A stretch of 64,000 nucleotides of DNA from Vicugna vicugna (GCA_013265495.1 MU058718.1:434001-498000); one strand, 5' to 3'. Numbered from the stretch's first letter, positions 48,801 through 62,240 are shown. A program made the numbers and translations. The notes: a model not told the origin generated them from the sequence alone.

Positions 48801-50964
48801 GCTACTTAGATGCATCATTGTATCTTATCTACTAAGCATTTCACACTGAGTCCTGACCTAGTACTTGGGTCACCAGCATTAAAAAAAAAAAAAAGGTGAA
48901 ACAGAATGGAGAAAATCAGTCTGTTACGTGTATTAAGGGTAAATGTTTTGAGAAACTTTCATGTAGGTTTTATAGGTAGGATTTGTTTGGTATGTACTGG
49001 CTCTGGATGTAGAATGTATTTCTTATATTTGTTGTGGTCAAAAGTTTGACAAGTCTGTAGAGGACTGCATTTAAGAACTTAATATTGATTTCTTAGAGTT
49101 ATAAAGAGAAGACAGGAGAGGATGATGAGGAAGATGCTGAACTTAAAGGAATGAACCCGAAATGGTGGTGGTCCAGGTCTTGCACCAATCTGGGTGGGAG
49201 AGAGAAGGAAGGATACTTTGAATCTATACGAAATGCAGAAGTAAATAATAGAGAAAACAATACCTGATTTTTATTTCTTTAGAAAGCACTGTAGAATGAC
49301 CACTATAGATTGTTTTGGATAGAAACAAACTTCTTTGAAACTATCACTTTTCTATGCTTGTAAATAAGATTCTTAACATCTTTTATGTCTCTGTATATTA
49401 ATTCCTGGTTAATAGCGTTAACTTCAATTTTATAAAATATAAAATAAGTTGATATTTTACATTCCCCAAATTATTATTTGTTTTCAGTTCCTCCGGAGTG
49501 AATTGATGTTAATATCTGATATTTGAGGAATTTGTCCGTTTTCCCTGTACTGAAGCTTATCTTCATGACCCTTGCCTGGTGCACCTTTCTTTACTTTCCA
49601 GTGTGTACCTTATTATTGGTGCATCTGTCATCACCTGTAATGGGGCCGTGTCAAGGTTGTGCAAGTCTGTTAGTGTTCACCACTGGGCTGTAGCTTGTAG
49701 TGGAAGGAGGGCTGGAAGAGACACTATCACCTGTCCCAGGAACTGGCTGTCCTTACAATAGCATCACCAGGTGATCCTTGGATCAGCTCACCCTTATCTA
49801 CTGCTGTCCCATTTCAGTTTAACCACATCCTAGTTCTTTTACATATTGAAGGTTTTACTTTAATGAGGTTTTCTTTCTGTGTATTTCCTGTATTTCCACT
49901 ATTTTAAAAATTCAGAACCTTAATTAAATTGAAGGGTCTACTATTCCCTGAGGTCATTGGTGTTCAAGTCCCTGTGTTTGACCCTTTCCTTTCCCTGTCC
50001 TCTCCTGGGTATAAATGGGAACAACCTCTTAGATAGCATTATCTGCCAAAGGTTAAGTGAATATAACTTGTCTCATCAGTTGCCCTTTCTATGAGTTTAT
50101 GGGAGTACATGAGAGTCTTGACTTGTCTACCACATTTCTAGTTAAAGTAGGTTTTAGCCTGTCCAGGATGCCAGGGCAATTTTCATAAATCAAGGTGACA
50201 GTGTCCCAAATTTTGGGAAACTTTGTGAGCCTGTGTATAACGCAGCAAGAGGAGATGACACCATAGGTGATGGGTTTCTAAACTGTCTTCCCAAACTGCC
50301 CCAACCATGTTCATTGCAAGATGGTAACTATTCTCTAAGGATAATGCGAAGCAATTAGATATTTTATTTACAAAAATGAATCTTAACCACTTCATACTGA
50401 AGTGTGCCAGCACTTACAAAAGGTTTTCTTTTTCTTTTTGAATCACAAACTTCTGTGATTTACCAAATCAGATTGCCATGGTGAACTGAGTACTGTAACA
50501 ACTTCTAAGATGTGAAGAGGGGCAAAAAGTCCACTTACTTATTGTCTTCTCCCATTACTGTGGTTGAAAGATGAGTTTATATCCCAAGTTTTAAAGTATG
50601 TTATAGAAAAATTAACCTCATCATTGAGAGGTGCTATTTTGGATGCATGTAGTTCATTTAAGTCTTGATTCACTAATAAGTTTCATTTTAATTTATTTTG
50701 TTAATGAATATTTATGTAGGTCTTAGTTCTGTGTGTTGCTGGAAAGGGTACTGTAAATAAAGAAGAAAAAATAACAAGACTGTTGAAGTATGTGACTGGA
50801 ATTTGGGAGTAGTCAAAGTTGATGAGAGCTGTTAAGTCATTGAGAATGGAGGAGAAAAGCAAGAAATAGGTTTTTTTTTTAGGGATGTATTATCTATTAA
50901 CATTTTTTTCTGGCCTGGGGGGAAAAGTCACTACACATAACTCTGAAATGCCGAACAAATTGGT

Positions 50965-51430
50965 ACTTGCTTCATTTTCATTGCCATAACATTTCATTCA
51001 CTGCCATAACAAAGTACCACAAACTGGACTGTTTATTAAACAGCAGAAATCTATTGTTTCATAGGCTACAAGTCTGAAATCAATGTGTTGGTGGAACCAT
51101 ACTCCCTCTGAAAATTGCAAAGGGGAGTTCTTTCTTGTCCCTTCCCAGCTTCTGGTGGTGGTTGTCAATCCTTGGTGTTCCTTAGTTTGGAACTGAATTA
51201 CTCCCATTCCTGCCTCTGTCAGTGTTCAAATTACCATCTCCCGCCCCCCACTTCCCTTAAGTCTCCCTCTTTTAAGGACACCAGTCACATAGAATAGAGT
51301 CCATTACACTCCAACATGCCTTATCTTAATTTAATTAGTTACATTTGCAGTTATTTCCAAGTAAGATCACATTCTCAGGTGCTGGGTTTAGGACTTCAGC
51401 TTATCTTCAACACAGTTCAACCTATACCAG
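50965..51430 (-). mobile_element. MaLR LTR (MLT1C-like)
   Basis: ctgccataacaaagtaccacaaactgg...ccagcttctggtgg...taaggacaccagtca...ttaggacttca...acacagttcaacc. Confidence 0.85.
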
Positions 51431-51477
51431 TGCTAAATGCTATTATTCCTAAGACTGATTGGGAACGTTACGGTTTC

Positions 51478-51925
51478 ATTTAATTCATTCATTGAATGCC
51501 AGCCACTGCACTGAATGCTAGTAACACAGGATGAGCAAAACCAGATATAGTTCCTTCCTTCCCTTATGGAACTTACAGTCTATTGGACAGATACTCATCA
51601 GAATCACATGATAGACTGAGAAATGTAGTGATTAAAAGGACACAGCTCAATGAGAGCATTTAGTGAAGGAACTTGATCTATGCTAGGAGATGGGAAGCAT
51701 GGAAGCTTGAGCTGACATCTGAATAACAACAAACACTGCTGGTAATGTACTATGTGCTGAACACAGTTGTGAGTTCTTTACATGTATCGCCTCATTGATC
51801 CTCACAATAGCCCTATGGGATAGGTGATTAGTCCCATTTTTAGGGATAAAGAAACTGAGGCACAGAGAGAACTTGCACAAGATCATATCTGAAAAGTAGC
51901 AGCATTGGGAGAATGATGGAGAGTG
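51478..51925 (-). mobile_element. L2 fragment followed by MIR
   Basis: ttcattcattgaatgcc...atggaacttacagtct; then atcctcacaatagccctatgggataggt...gaaactgaggcacagaga. Confidence 0.7.
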
Positions 51926-52839
51926 AGAATCATCATAATCTCTCACAGTCTATTTAGTCTTAGTCATAATATTTTACTGATTTATTTGAATCACTTCCCC
52001 TCTCCCTCCCTTTTTGTATTTTCTCTGCTGTTTTCTTTGGCCCAGCTCTGGAAACTGCCATGTTGGGCATTCCCCCACTGACTCATGTGCAGTATGTTTC
52101 CCTATTTTGAGTCCAGTATTTGGTTGAGTCAGACTGCAGTAATAAAGTTTGCCAGAAGAGGGCAACTATCTAATTTTTGATGGCTCCTAAATTATGAATC
52201 CTGGATTATATGAATAATTCTTAATTCCAGGTTATATAATGAATATGTTTTGTATGGTTATACATTCTCCACTGAGTTTATCGCAATTAGATTGAGGGGT
52301 AATTTGTTTTGAGTTAACCAAAGATTCTATAAACCGAGAAGGCATTTACTCACTAGAATTTTGTTCTATTACAGCTTCAGTCACAGTTTTTTTTTTTGAA
52401 GAAGGACTGTCTGTACTCACATTTGAAACCCTAGCAAATTGCCCAGCTCATGTAGATAACTTGATGAATGTCTGAATTAATTTCTTAGAGATAAGGACTC
52501 CTTTATGCTTTCTCCTACCACAGTGCTCTGTGCACAGGTGTTCAATAAATGCTAGCTTTTTAATACACTAAAGAAACCTGTATGGGACTTAGCTTTATGA
52601 AAAACCCACTGAAGTTATTTCCACTGGATCTCCTGAACACTTCTAGACCAGATGTCATTTTTTAGACATCTTTGTATCTTTCACGGAGTCTTGTATCTGT
52701 AGAAACTCACCTTTTTGGTGAGATGGCTCCTTATAGCCAGTCAACATATTTTGATATCAATTGAAGCAACTGGCCCGTTTCCCTGGCACATCAAAATTCT
52801 CGTGGGGAAGAATCTCTAGAAAATCTGTCAGGATTGCAA

Positions 52840-53930
52840 TGAAACTATTGTAGAAATGTTCAAATGTACACAGAATTAGAATATAGAGTATAATGTGCCC
52901 ATCACCCAACCATTTACATAAACATATGTCTGTTTGCTTTGTTCCTCCTGCCTCACACACCTTCCCCAACTATTTTAAAGCAAATCCCAGATATGTTATT
53001 TCATTGATAAATACTTAACTATATCTCTAAAATATAAGGATTTAAAAATATTATCACACTTTAACAATAATTCCTTACTATCGAATATCTAATCAATGTT
53101 TACATTTCTTTGATACTCCCACAGGTGTCTCTTTACAAATTGCTTTGTTTGAATGAGGATTCAAACAAGATTCACACATTATATTTGGTAAATGCCTTCA
53201 AGTTTCTTTTAATTTGTTACAGTTTGGTATTCCTTTCTATCTCCTACCAATTTGTTGAAGAAACAGGGTCATTTGTCCTATAGAATTTCCTATGTTCTGG
53301 ATTCTGCTTATTTTCTCACAATCCAGTTTAACATGTTCCTTTAGTTCCTGTATTGCTTATATGCTCATAGTTGGATTTAGAGGCTTGCCTCCTTGCCTCC
53401 CCCTCAACCAATTAACTCTTAAATTTAGTCAAGAATACTTCATAGGTAGATGGTGGCATGTGCTTCCATTAGGAAGCCACTAAATACCTGGTTGTCTGTC
53501 TTTTTGTGATGTTAAAATTGATCAGCTTTAGGTGTTACTGGCCCAGTTTGTCCATTACAAAATTCCCCACCAGGAGTGATGGAAATGTTAGTTGTCTTGA
53601 TTGTGGTAGTGGTTTCATTGGTGTATATATCTATACATCTATAAAAATTCACCAAATTTTGAAATATGTGTAGTTTACTGTACAGGAACCATACCACAAT
53701 AAAGGTGTTAAAACAAAAAAAGTTCCCCACTAGCCTTTCATCTACTGGTTTTAGTAGTCGACAGTGATTGCCTAGATCTGTTATTTTTTAGAAGTTGAAA
53801 ATAAGGATATTTGGTTCTTTAATTCCTTCTGAATTTATTAACTGGAGTTCTATAAAGAAGATATATGGGAACTCTTTAGGCCATCTTTGCAGCTATCTAG
53901 TAAGTTTAAAAGTATTTTAAATAAAGTTTA
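52840..53930 (-). mobile_element. Cluster of old L1 3' fragments (L1MC4-like, with nested pieces in the opposite orientation)
   Basis: aactattttaaagcaaatcccagat...ttgttgaagaaacagggtcatttgtcctatagaatttcc. Confidence 0.65.
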
Positions 53931-53966
53931 AAGTATATAAGGTTGTTAATTTCTCTAACATATTTC

Positions 53967-54148
53967 TTTTTTTAAAAAAATCTTTAAAAAAAGTTTTATT
54001 TATTTACCATTGTATCATTTTATTTTATTTCATCTTGGTGAGGGGAGGTAATTAGGTTTATTTATTTTTAGAGGAGGTACTGGGGATTGAACCCAGGACC
54101 TCAGGCATGCTAAGCATGCACTCTACCACTTGAGCTACACCCTTCCCC
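53967..54148 (-). mobile_element. tRNA-derived SINE (Vic-1-like) in GCH1 intron 1
   Basis: ggaggtactggggattgaacccaggacctcaggcatgctaagcatgcactctaccac; TSD tct(c/g)taacatatttc. Confidence 0.9.
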
Positions 54149-54269
54149 ATCTGTAACATATTTCTTTAATTCTGCAGTGGAGAGCTACTTACTTATGACT
54201 CAGTCTAGAAACCATAAAATAAAATACTTATTACTTTATATAAAAACTAAGGATTTTCACATGTCAAAT

Positions 54270-54760
54270 ACCAACAGAAATGAAATCAAATGACAAACTG
54301 GGAAGAAATATTTACAACTCATATTGTAGACAACAGGTTAATACTACTAGTATAAAAAGAAATGCTAGAAATTAATTTGAGAAAAAGGCCCAAAACACAA
54401 TTGAAAAATTGGCAAGACATGAACAGACAATTCACGGGAAAGGAAATACAAATGACTCTTAAAAGCATGGAAAGATGCTTGACTTCACCTTCAATAAGAG
54501 AAATGTATACAGACCACCCCAAGATATATTTTTCCCTTATTTGATTGGCAAAAGTCCAGAAATTTGATACTGCATTACATTTTTGAAGTTATAGGGAAAC
54601 AAATATTACTGGTGAAAGTAGAACTATCCTTATGGAGGATAATTTGGCAACATCTATCAAATACAAATGCATAAATATCTTACTTGAAAATCCAGCCTCT
54701 GGGAATTGCATACATGAAATGATGTATGCTCAAGGTTAGTCACTGCAGCCTTGAAAGAAA
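54270..54760 (+). mobile_element. Old L1 ORF2 3' fragment
   Basis: ORF 54362-54544 W.DMNRQFT.KEIQMTLK.M.RC.TS..IREM is the L1 ORF2 C-terminal region. Confidence 0.8.
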
Positions 54761-55374
54761 GCATGCTAAAAGTCTCGTCTCCTCCCTTAGAATGCCTAAA
54801 TGATACAGAGGAGTTACTTTTTATAGGAAAACGGTTGGGGGAGGGACAATAAAATGTTTATATTGGTACTAAGAATTGGAGGATACACAGGCTAGTCAGG
54901 GATGTGAAATGGGCAGATGGCCAATGAGTAGAAGCAAGACTTTTCATTATATTTTTAGCTTTTGAAGTATATGCATATATTTTCAAATCGATAAATTAAA
55001 AAACACTGTGACATAGTTGTTTCAAATCTAGGAGTAAAAGAAATACAACTCTTTTTAATGGCTAGCTAATGAGAAATCAGATTACTGAAAACCCTTACCC
55101 TGGAATCAAGAGAAAAATAGTTAGATGTATATATTTGCAAGTTTGATCTTCACTGTGATCCTTACTGCAGATAGAAAGAGCCCAAGTTTGAATGTGACCT
55201 TGTCCTTTAACTCTGTGTAAGTACCGGCATGTCTCTAAACTTAATTTTCATCTTTCTCTTTTTGTAAAGGGTGGTAATACCTGCTGTGCCTGGGCTTTTA
55301 TAGGAATTAAGGTCTGCAAAAAGCACCTTGTGCTTAATATATTCCTTCTTTTCTGATGAGGAAGAACTGTGAGA

Positions 55375-55720
55375 TTGGATTAATTGGAAAGTGTTTTAAG
55401 AATGTGGGACGTTTTGGAGCCCTGAGCCACTATGTAAAATGTCCAGTTACTCTGAGGCCACCATGCTGTGAGGAAGCCCTGCCACATGGAGAGGCCACAT
55501 CTAGGTATTCTGACTGGACATGTGAGTAAAGACTCTTCCAGGTGATTCCAGTCCCCAGCCAACTGGTCGTCCCTACTCAGGCCCCAGACATTGTGAACTA
55601 GAGGCCGCTCATCTTCTCTGTGCCTCATCTGAATTCCTGACCCACAAAATCCCAGGATGTAATAAAATAGTTGTAATAAATTCTTGGGTGTTTTGTTATG
55701 CACTAAGAACAACTGGAACA
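55375..55720 (+). mobile_element. MaLR LTR (MLT1G/H-like)
   Basis: gaggccaccatgctgtgaggaagccc...gaattcctgacccaca...aataaaatagttg...aactggaaca. Confidence 0.8.
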
Positions 55721-56049
55721 GATTTTGAGATGACGATGGTTAGAATTTGCATTAGTGCAAAGGAAAAGGAAGTGACTTAAACAGACCAAGAGATGGCACG
55801 ATGGTTTAAGGCAAGAAATTTAAATTTCTGAATGATCAGTGCAAGGCTGAGAGTTGAAAAGCCAGGAGAGTGCCTGCAGTCCTCAAAGGAGTGAGAGGAG
55901 GAGAGGTGTCAGCATTCAGACAGTAGGAAGAGTGAGAGAAGAACAGAGACAGCCCTCAGGGGAGGTGTGAGAAGCAGGAGATCCAAGAGTGTAAGTGGCA
56001 GAAAATGCTTTCAAAAATAACAGGGAACAAAAGGAAGAGGTCATTAGAC

Positions 56050-56250
56050 AGTAGACTTGAGCCTGATTGCCTGGCTTCAAATCCCGTTACTTACCAATTA
56101 TGCCTGAATTGCCTCATCTGTAAGATGGGGCAGTGAATAGTACTTACCTATCTTATAGGGTTATTGTGAGGATTGAATGAGTTAGTACACATAAAGTGCT
56201 AAGAGAAATGCCTGGGTATATGAAGTACAGTACACAATTTATCTGTGTTA
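56050..56250 (+). mobile_element. MIR SINE
   Basis: cctcatctgtaagatgggg...tagtacttacctatcttatagggttattgtgaggattgaatgag. Confidence 0.8.
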
Positions 56251-57324
56251 GTAGTGATACTGAGATTTTATTTGAAGGTGATGTTAGTAGTTTCAGTAGC
56301 TTAATGTGGTCAGAAGCCAGATTGTAGGACCTTAGAGAGTAATTTGACAAAATTACAGGAAATGAGAAATTTTTTGAGGTGTTTTTTCTTGAGTGTAGAA
56401 TCAAGTGAGTTTCCCCTTGGTGTGTATCAAGGGAGCAACATGCTAGATGCTGGTGAATGAAATCCACAGATGTTGAAGAGAAGACTGTGGGCACCCAGAC
56501 TCTGGGAGGCAGGCCAGGTTGTGTCCGAATGATCTCACATGATCCTCCTGTCAACCTGGAGGTCATACTCCTTGTAAAGAGGTGGAAACAGAGGAGGCTC
56601 TGGTCAAGTCCCTTGCCAGAGGTCACAGGGCAGAACCCAGGTGTGCGTGACTGCAGCGCTCATGTTCTGGTTGACATCAAGCCCCTGCAGGTTTTCAGTG
56701 CCTGTGTTTCATTTTCATGTGAAGATCCATTTAATATGTGAGAATTGTAATCCCTAGGAATTCTGCTTTTCTTCCTGGGTTCTAGCAAAGAGAAAGCCTA
56801 GTAGTTTCAGTTTTGAGGCATTTCTTAATATCCTGACTTCAAGATACTTCATGAAGTTTTTGGTCAGGGAAATTTGTGAAAAATTGTGGGAAGAAAAACC
56901 CCAGCTAAATTACAATCAGTTCTAATGTGAATTAATAACTAATAAACTTTCCCCCACTTAATCTTTTGAGGGAGCTATTTGAAAACCAAAATTGTATATA
57001 TTTTGTGGTCATTTATACTTTATAAATGTGAGTCTGTTTTAATGGTTTTATTCCTGAGACACTTTGCACTTCTGTTTTTTTGTTTTGTTTTTTTTTCCAG
57101 TTCTGTTTTAAAGAACAGGGCTTATACTTTGTTAAATGCAATTATAAATTCTTAATCTTTCATTTAAAGTCATTGTCTCTATAACTACAATGGTATGTAA
57201 ATTTCAGAGATACAAATTTGTTTTATCTTTTTGAACAATTAGGCAAAATATGTTCCATCTGTACTAACATATCCAAGTTGTGTTGAAGTATACACAGTTG
57301 AGTGTTGCATATTTTTTATTTGTT

Positions 57325-57642
57325 TGCTTTTTATTGTGGTAAAACATACACAACATAAAATTTACCATTTTAACCAATTTTAATTGTATAGTTCAGTGGC
57401 ATTAAGTATATTCACACTGGTGTGCAGCCATCACCGCAGTCTATCTCCAGAACATTTTCATGATCCCAAACTGAAACCGTACTCATTAACCAACAGCTCC
57501 CTGGTCCCCTTTCCTCCTGGCCCTGGAACCACTAGAACCAGTAGAACCAGTATGTTTTTGAGTATTCTAGGGACTTCATATGAGTGGAATCATACCATTT
57601 TGTCCTTTGTGTCTGGCTTATTTTACTTAGCATAACGTCCAT
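57325..57642 (-). mobile_element. L1MB-type 3' end
   Basis: ttttattgtggtaaaacatacacaacataaaatttaccattttaacc...tgtctggcttattttacttagcataa. Confidence 0.85.
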
Positions 57643-57827
57643 GTTAACATTATTTTAAAGTTTAACTGTTAGGTCCTTGTTTGAGCCAGTAACTCTTTCT
57701 GTAGAATGTTGTATATTCTTATAATTTGTAAGTATTGTATTTTTATTTACTCAAGAAATCCTTAGAATTGAATATATATTAATATATACACATAGTGTGT
57801 GTGTATTTATTTATCAAACACCAAGTC

Positions 57828-58489
57828 TGTAAATGACGCTGTGCTAACTATTAAAAGGGAAAGCAAAAATTGCTGGGCTTGGGCTTGGGCTCGGGCTTGG
57901 GCTTCAAGAAGATTGTGGTCTACGCTAGCAGGGACCAGACACCAAGTTTCTGCAGAGAGGAGCAAATGGGGTTCTGTGTGGTCAGAAGGAAGGTGGGTTC
58001 TTCTGCTAGTTTAGAGAAGATTCTGGTCTTAGGTGTTCTGGAATAAAAAGAATACACTAATATTCATAGTTGTCTGTGTTGTGGGCACAATGGGGCAGCT
58101 GGTTGGTGACATGGTGATGTGTGGGTTGGTAAAAGAATATACCAGAGATAACATATGGGAATAGGAGTTTCTTAGGGTACACCATCACAGACAACAGCAG
58201 GCCACACAGGTGAGGGATGCCTGCATGAAAACTGAGGGCCGGTTGTTGGGGTGTTTTATAAGGTCATGTGACAAGATGCCTGATTGCCTTGTGCACAATC
58301 TCTGACTGGTTGTAGGTGAGGTAAGAGGTTTAGGGTCCGTGAAGGGCAGTAGGGTTTGACTCTGGCAAGGTAGGCATTACCTGGGGCTATTAGTTTGTAA
58401 GGGGAAACATGACCAGTAAAGAATGTCAGACATCTAAGAGCCCAGGAATGGGGGTTGTTGGACTTAAAATGATGTCAGTTGGCCCAACA
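57828..58489 (-). mobile_element. Putative solo ERV LTR, antisense in GCH1 intron 1 (family not recognised)
   Basis: Minus strand runs TGTTGGG...TTTACA; minus-strand TATAAAA at 58254-58260; bounded by agtctgta at 57824-57831 and 58489-58496. Confidence 0.55.
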
Positions 58490-60719
58490 GTCTGTACCAT
58501 AGAATTAAAATTAAATAAGGTTTTCAAAGCAATTAGGTTTATTTGAAACTTTTTAATGATCAGCATGGGAAGGCATTAGGGCTGGCGCCTTTCTCTGTTA
58601 TTTTCAAAGTCCATTCTGGCCAGCCAGCCCTTCTAATAAACTTTACCTGAACACAAGTTGCTAGCTGGTCCTTTATAATCTGGTCATTCATTTCATCTTG
58701 GAATTCTTCCTTCTCATTTAATCCCCTTGGTTACTTGTGCTTTGAGTCCTGACTCTTGTATTTCCCGAGTATCTGTAGACTGCCTTAACACTCTTGCTCT
58801 AACTCTTAGTCATCTCTCACCCAAGTACAGTAACTTCTTACTGGCTGCCTTGTCTCCTAGCTTGTCCTGCTCCAATCCATTAGTGCCAACATGATTTTAC
58901 TGACATTGAATAGATCTCTTCCTTCTGAAAACACTTTCTTCACCATAGCTGTGACGTTTTGTTGTGTTCAGCTTCTTGCCTGCATTTTTTCCTTCTCTTC
59001 CATCACCATCTCCTCACAAAGGGCAATGTGGAATTTTAGTTTTGTGCATAGTTTCATTCATAGACTGTTTTGAAAAACCACTCTCATTCCTACACTGGAC
59101 CTGGAAACTGAGGCAGAAGTCCTACACGAGGCTTGTTCTGCAATATTTAACCCTTATTATCTGCTCTCTTCCTTCCTCTAATTTTCCTTCACTTTTTGTT
59201 TTGTTTTGTTTTGGTTGCTAACCATGAGAACCACCGCCCCCTGCCCCCCTCCAACCCCTCCGCCTCTGCCAGTCAACAGCTATTGCCTATCTAGTTCTGT
59301 TAACAAGCCCCCAGGTTTAAGTGAGGAAACTGATGGTTGCTGAGTTCTACATTGAATTTTTTAAAGATCTGGTTGGTCTAGATGCTGTTTCAATGAAGTT
59401 CATGGCTATTGTTGTGAGGCATGATTTATATACATGTATTAGTTTTTATTCTCAGTAGGAATCAGAGCCCAGTTCAACAGAGGCCATTGACAAACATCTC
59501 AAAGAAGGAATTTTTCACTAAAATAGCTTAAAATACAATTCCACTGATTGTATAGTTTATACACTCATGGTAAGATGTTCATGAGCAGTAATGGAAGTCC
59601 TGGGTGCTGGAGTTCAACCGAGAGGCTGTCAACTCAGTGAGGACCCTGCTGAACTCCAGACTGCTTTAAAGGTAGAGCTGCATTAGATCATACCTCTCTA
59701 ACTGACCACCCCCTTCAAGATGTAAGTGCTGCTTTTAAGGTACAGGCAACCGTGCAGGTGTGCCACTCTAATTGCCCATCAGAAACAACTTGCCTTTCAG
59801 CCATAAGGGTAAGGTGCAGGTAGCTGACAGCCTCCAGCTGTTAGTGCCTTCAGGATTTGCCTCAGTGGAGGCCAAGCTTATCCCCTGCTGTTTTTCCTTT
59901 TGTTTTAATATCCATCTCTTTCTTTCTATCCCCTTTCCACCACAATAAATTGAGCCTTTTTGAGGGTGGCCCTTTACAAGAGAAGTAGTTTATAAGAGGG
60001 AGACAAGTCTTTCTGCTGCATATTTAGTGTGTTAGAAATGATCGCTGATATAATTCTAAGGGTCTATTTGGTGTTTCTTAAACTATCTTAGTGTGTTAAC
60101 AAAGATTTATCCTAGTATAATGGGAAGAACAACTAGGCTGGACTAGTCACAGCATCCACACTAACTCGTTTATGACCTTACACAAGTCATTTTCAAGACT
60201 ATTGTGGATCTGGTCTGCAGGGAGAGGCAGTTGGACTAGAGTTGAATTGTCACGCCAAGGTCTCTGTGGTCTGGGCACCCTTGTCAGTGTTGTCTCATTG
60301 CTCACTAGTGACTTCTAGCAGCTGACAGATGCGGTCCTAGCAAGGACCTCAGGTTTCTTTTATTGCTAGAGGTGCTGTTTTCCTTTGAAATATTCAAGCT
60401 ACACAGATAGTTTCTATGGTAACAGGTCTCTTATTTTTCTTGTGACGAAGATTTTTGAAAAGGTTCTTCATCGGTATGTTCTTTAGGGTCAGTGGTCCTC
60501 TAACCTGTAGCCCCTTTGATTGGACGAAGCCTTTATTTAAAGCTTTCCCCTCAGGAATATTGTAGATACTTCTCCAAGAAGAATAAGCAGTTGCTAGTCA
60601 TATTAGCATTTGAGGTTTTGTCTATTAATTAAGCTTCGTATCAATTAGAAGAGGAATTTTGTAGAACAGTTAATACCAAGAAAACTGATATTCTGTTAGG
60701 ATCATGACATTTTATTTCA

Positions 60720-61300
60720 GTTTTACTTTTTATTATGTGAAATTTTCAAACACAAAAGTAGACAACATTGTATAAGGGACAGCTGTATACTTACTACCTA
60801 GATTTAAAATTAGCATTTTGCTATACTGTCATGGTCTATTATTTCACTGAGAGCAAATCAGAGACCGGTATTTAGAGGTGAAATGTCACCCTAGAAAGTG
60901 TTTTTTCTTCTTGACCATTTATACTATCCTTTGTAAATTAACTGTTAATCCCTTCATATCATTAAATACCTAGTCTACATTTAACTTTCCCTAGTTGTCC
61001 CAAATGTCTTTTACTCATGATTTGTTCAAACTAGGACCCACTCAATATCCATACATTTGCCTTTTATTGTTGTTTTAATCTACTGAGTTCCTCTTACCGC
61101 CCCCGCCCCTTTATCAGATTGTCAACTGTCCTGTCCTTTGAGATTTTTGTGATTGTTACCTTCTTATGATTTAACTTGTTTCTCGATCCCTCATATTCCT
61201 GGAAACTGGAAGTAGGTCTAAAGCCTTGATTAAATTCAGAGGAAACATTTTTAGCAGGAATGTTGTTTTCTTCATGTGATATCACAACCAGGAGACACAC
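60720..61300 (-). mobile_element. Old L1 3' fragment (L1MC/L1ME-like)
   Basis: ttttattatgtgaaattttcaaacacaaaagtagac...tttgttcaaactaggaccca...aagtaggtctaaagccttgattaaattcag. Confidence 0.6.
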
Positions 61301-61314
61301 AATATTTGGATCTT

Positions 61315-61493
61315 TTTGTTTGTTTTTAATTGAAGTATAGTTGATTTATAATGTGTTAATTTCTGGTGTACAACATAGTGATGCAGTTATACATATATAT
61401 TTTTTCCTTTTCATATTCTTTTTCTTATAGGCCATTACAAGGTATTGAATATAGAGTCCTGTGCTATACAGTAGGTCCTTGTTGTTTATCTGT
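61315..61493 (-). mobile_element. Young 5'-truncated L1 3' end (artiodactyl/camelid type)
   Basis: ttgaagtatagttgatttataatgtg...tgtgctatacagtaggtccttgttgtttatct; perfect 15-bp TSD caatatttggatctt at 61300-61314 and 61494-61508. Confidence 0.9.
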
Positions 61494-62059
61494 CAATATT
61501 TGGATCTTGAAGATTTTAAGACTCTAGTCGGTTTGAAAGCAATTCTTTACTGGCTTCCTAGAATAAACTTCCATACAGAAGTTCCTTTTTTTTTTTTTTT
61601 AAAAAAGGCTTTTTATTAGTTTGAAGATTTAGTGGGATTCTCCTTTCCCCTGAAACTGTTCCAGTTTGATTTTAAAAAGTAAAGGTCAAAGTAGCAATAA
61701 ATTACTGAATTTTCCTGCATATAAGTCAAATAAATAGTTGGTAGAACAGTATTCTGTGACCGATGTGCACCACCTTTGGGCTCCAGTAGCCTGTGCATAT
61801 GAGGCCACTCTTTCTAGCTGCTCTTCTGGGCTGGAGTTAGCTGGATCCTTTCCTCTCCTCCAGCCTCCATGTTTATAACTAATTTTATTTTTCTTAAAAA
61901 AAAATCAGGTTTGCTGTCTTTGTTTCTTTTCCTGTCATTGACTTTAGGCCCAGTCACCCCATGGCTGCAGCAAGTCTTGATTTGGGTTTCCATCCCCTGG
62001 GCTTGACAGGTGCAGACATCTGGTGGCTGGTGATCAGCCTCTCATCTGGAAGTCCCAGG

Positions 62060-62240
62060 ATGGGTCAGAATCCAGCTCTCACACTAACAGTTGGCCCTTC
62101 TTCAGTAGGCACCTTGTGCTTCCAAATAGAGTATCATTTCCTCATCTGTCAAATGGGAATGAAAACTTTTGACCAGTGCAGAATGTGGCTTGAAAGAAGC
62201 CATGAACTAAATGAAAATTTTAACTTGAAAAATGCTCTAA
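62060..62240 (+). mobile_element. MIR SINE
   Basis: tcagaatccagctctcacactaac...catttcctcatctgtcaaatgggaatga. Confidence 0.6.
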
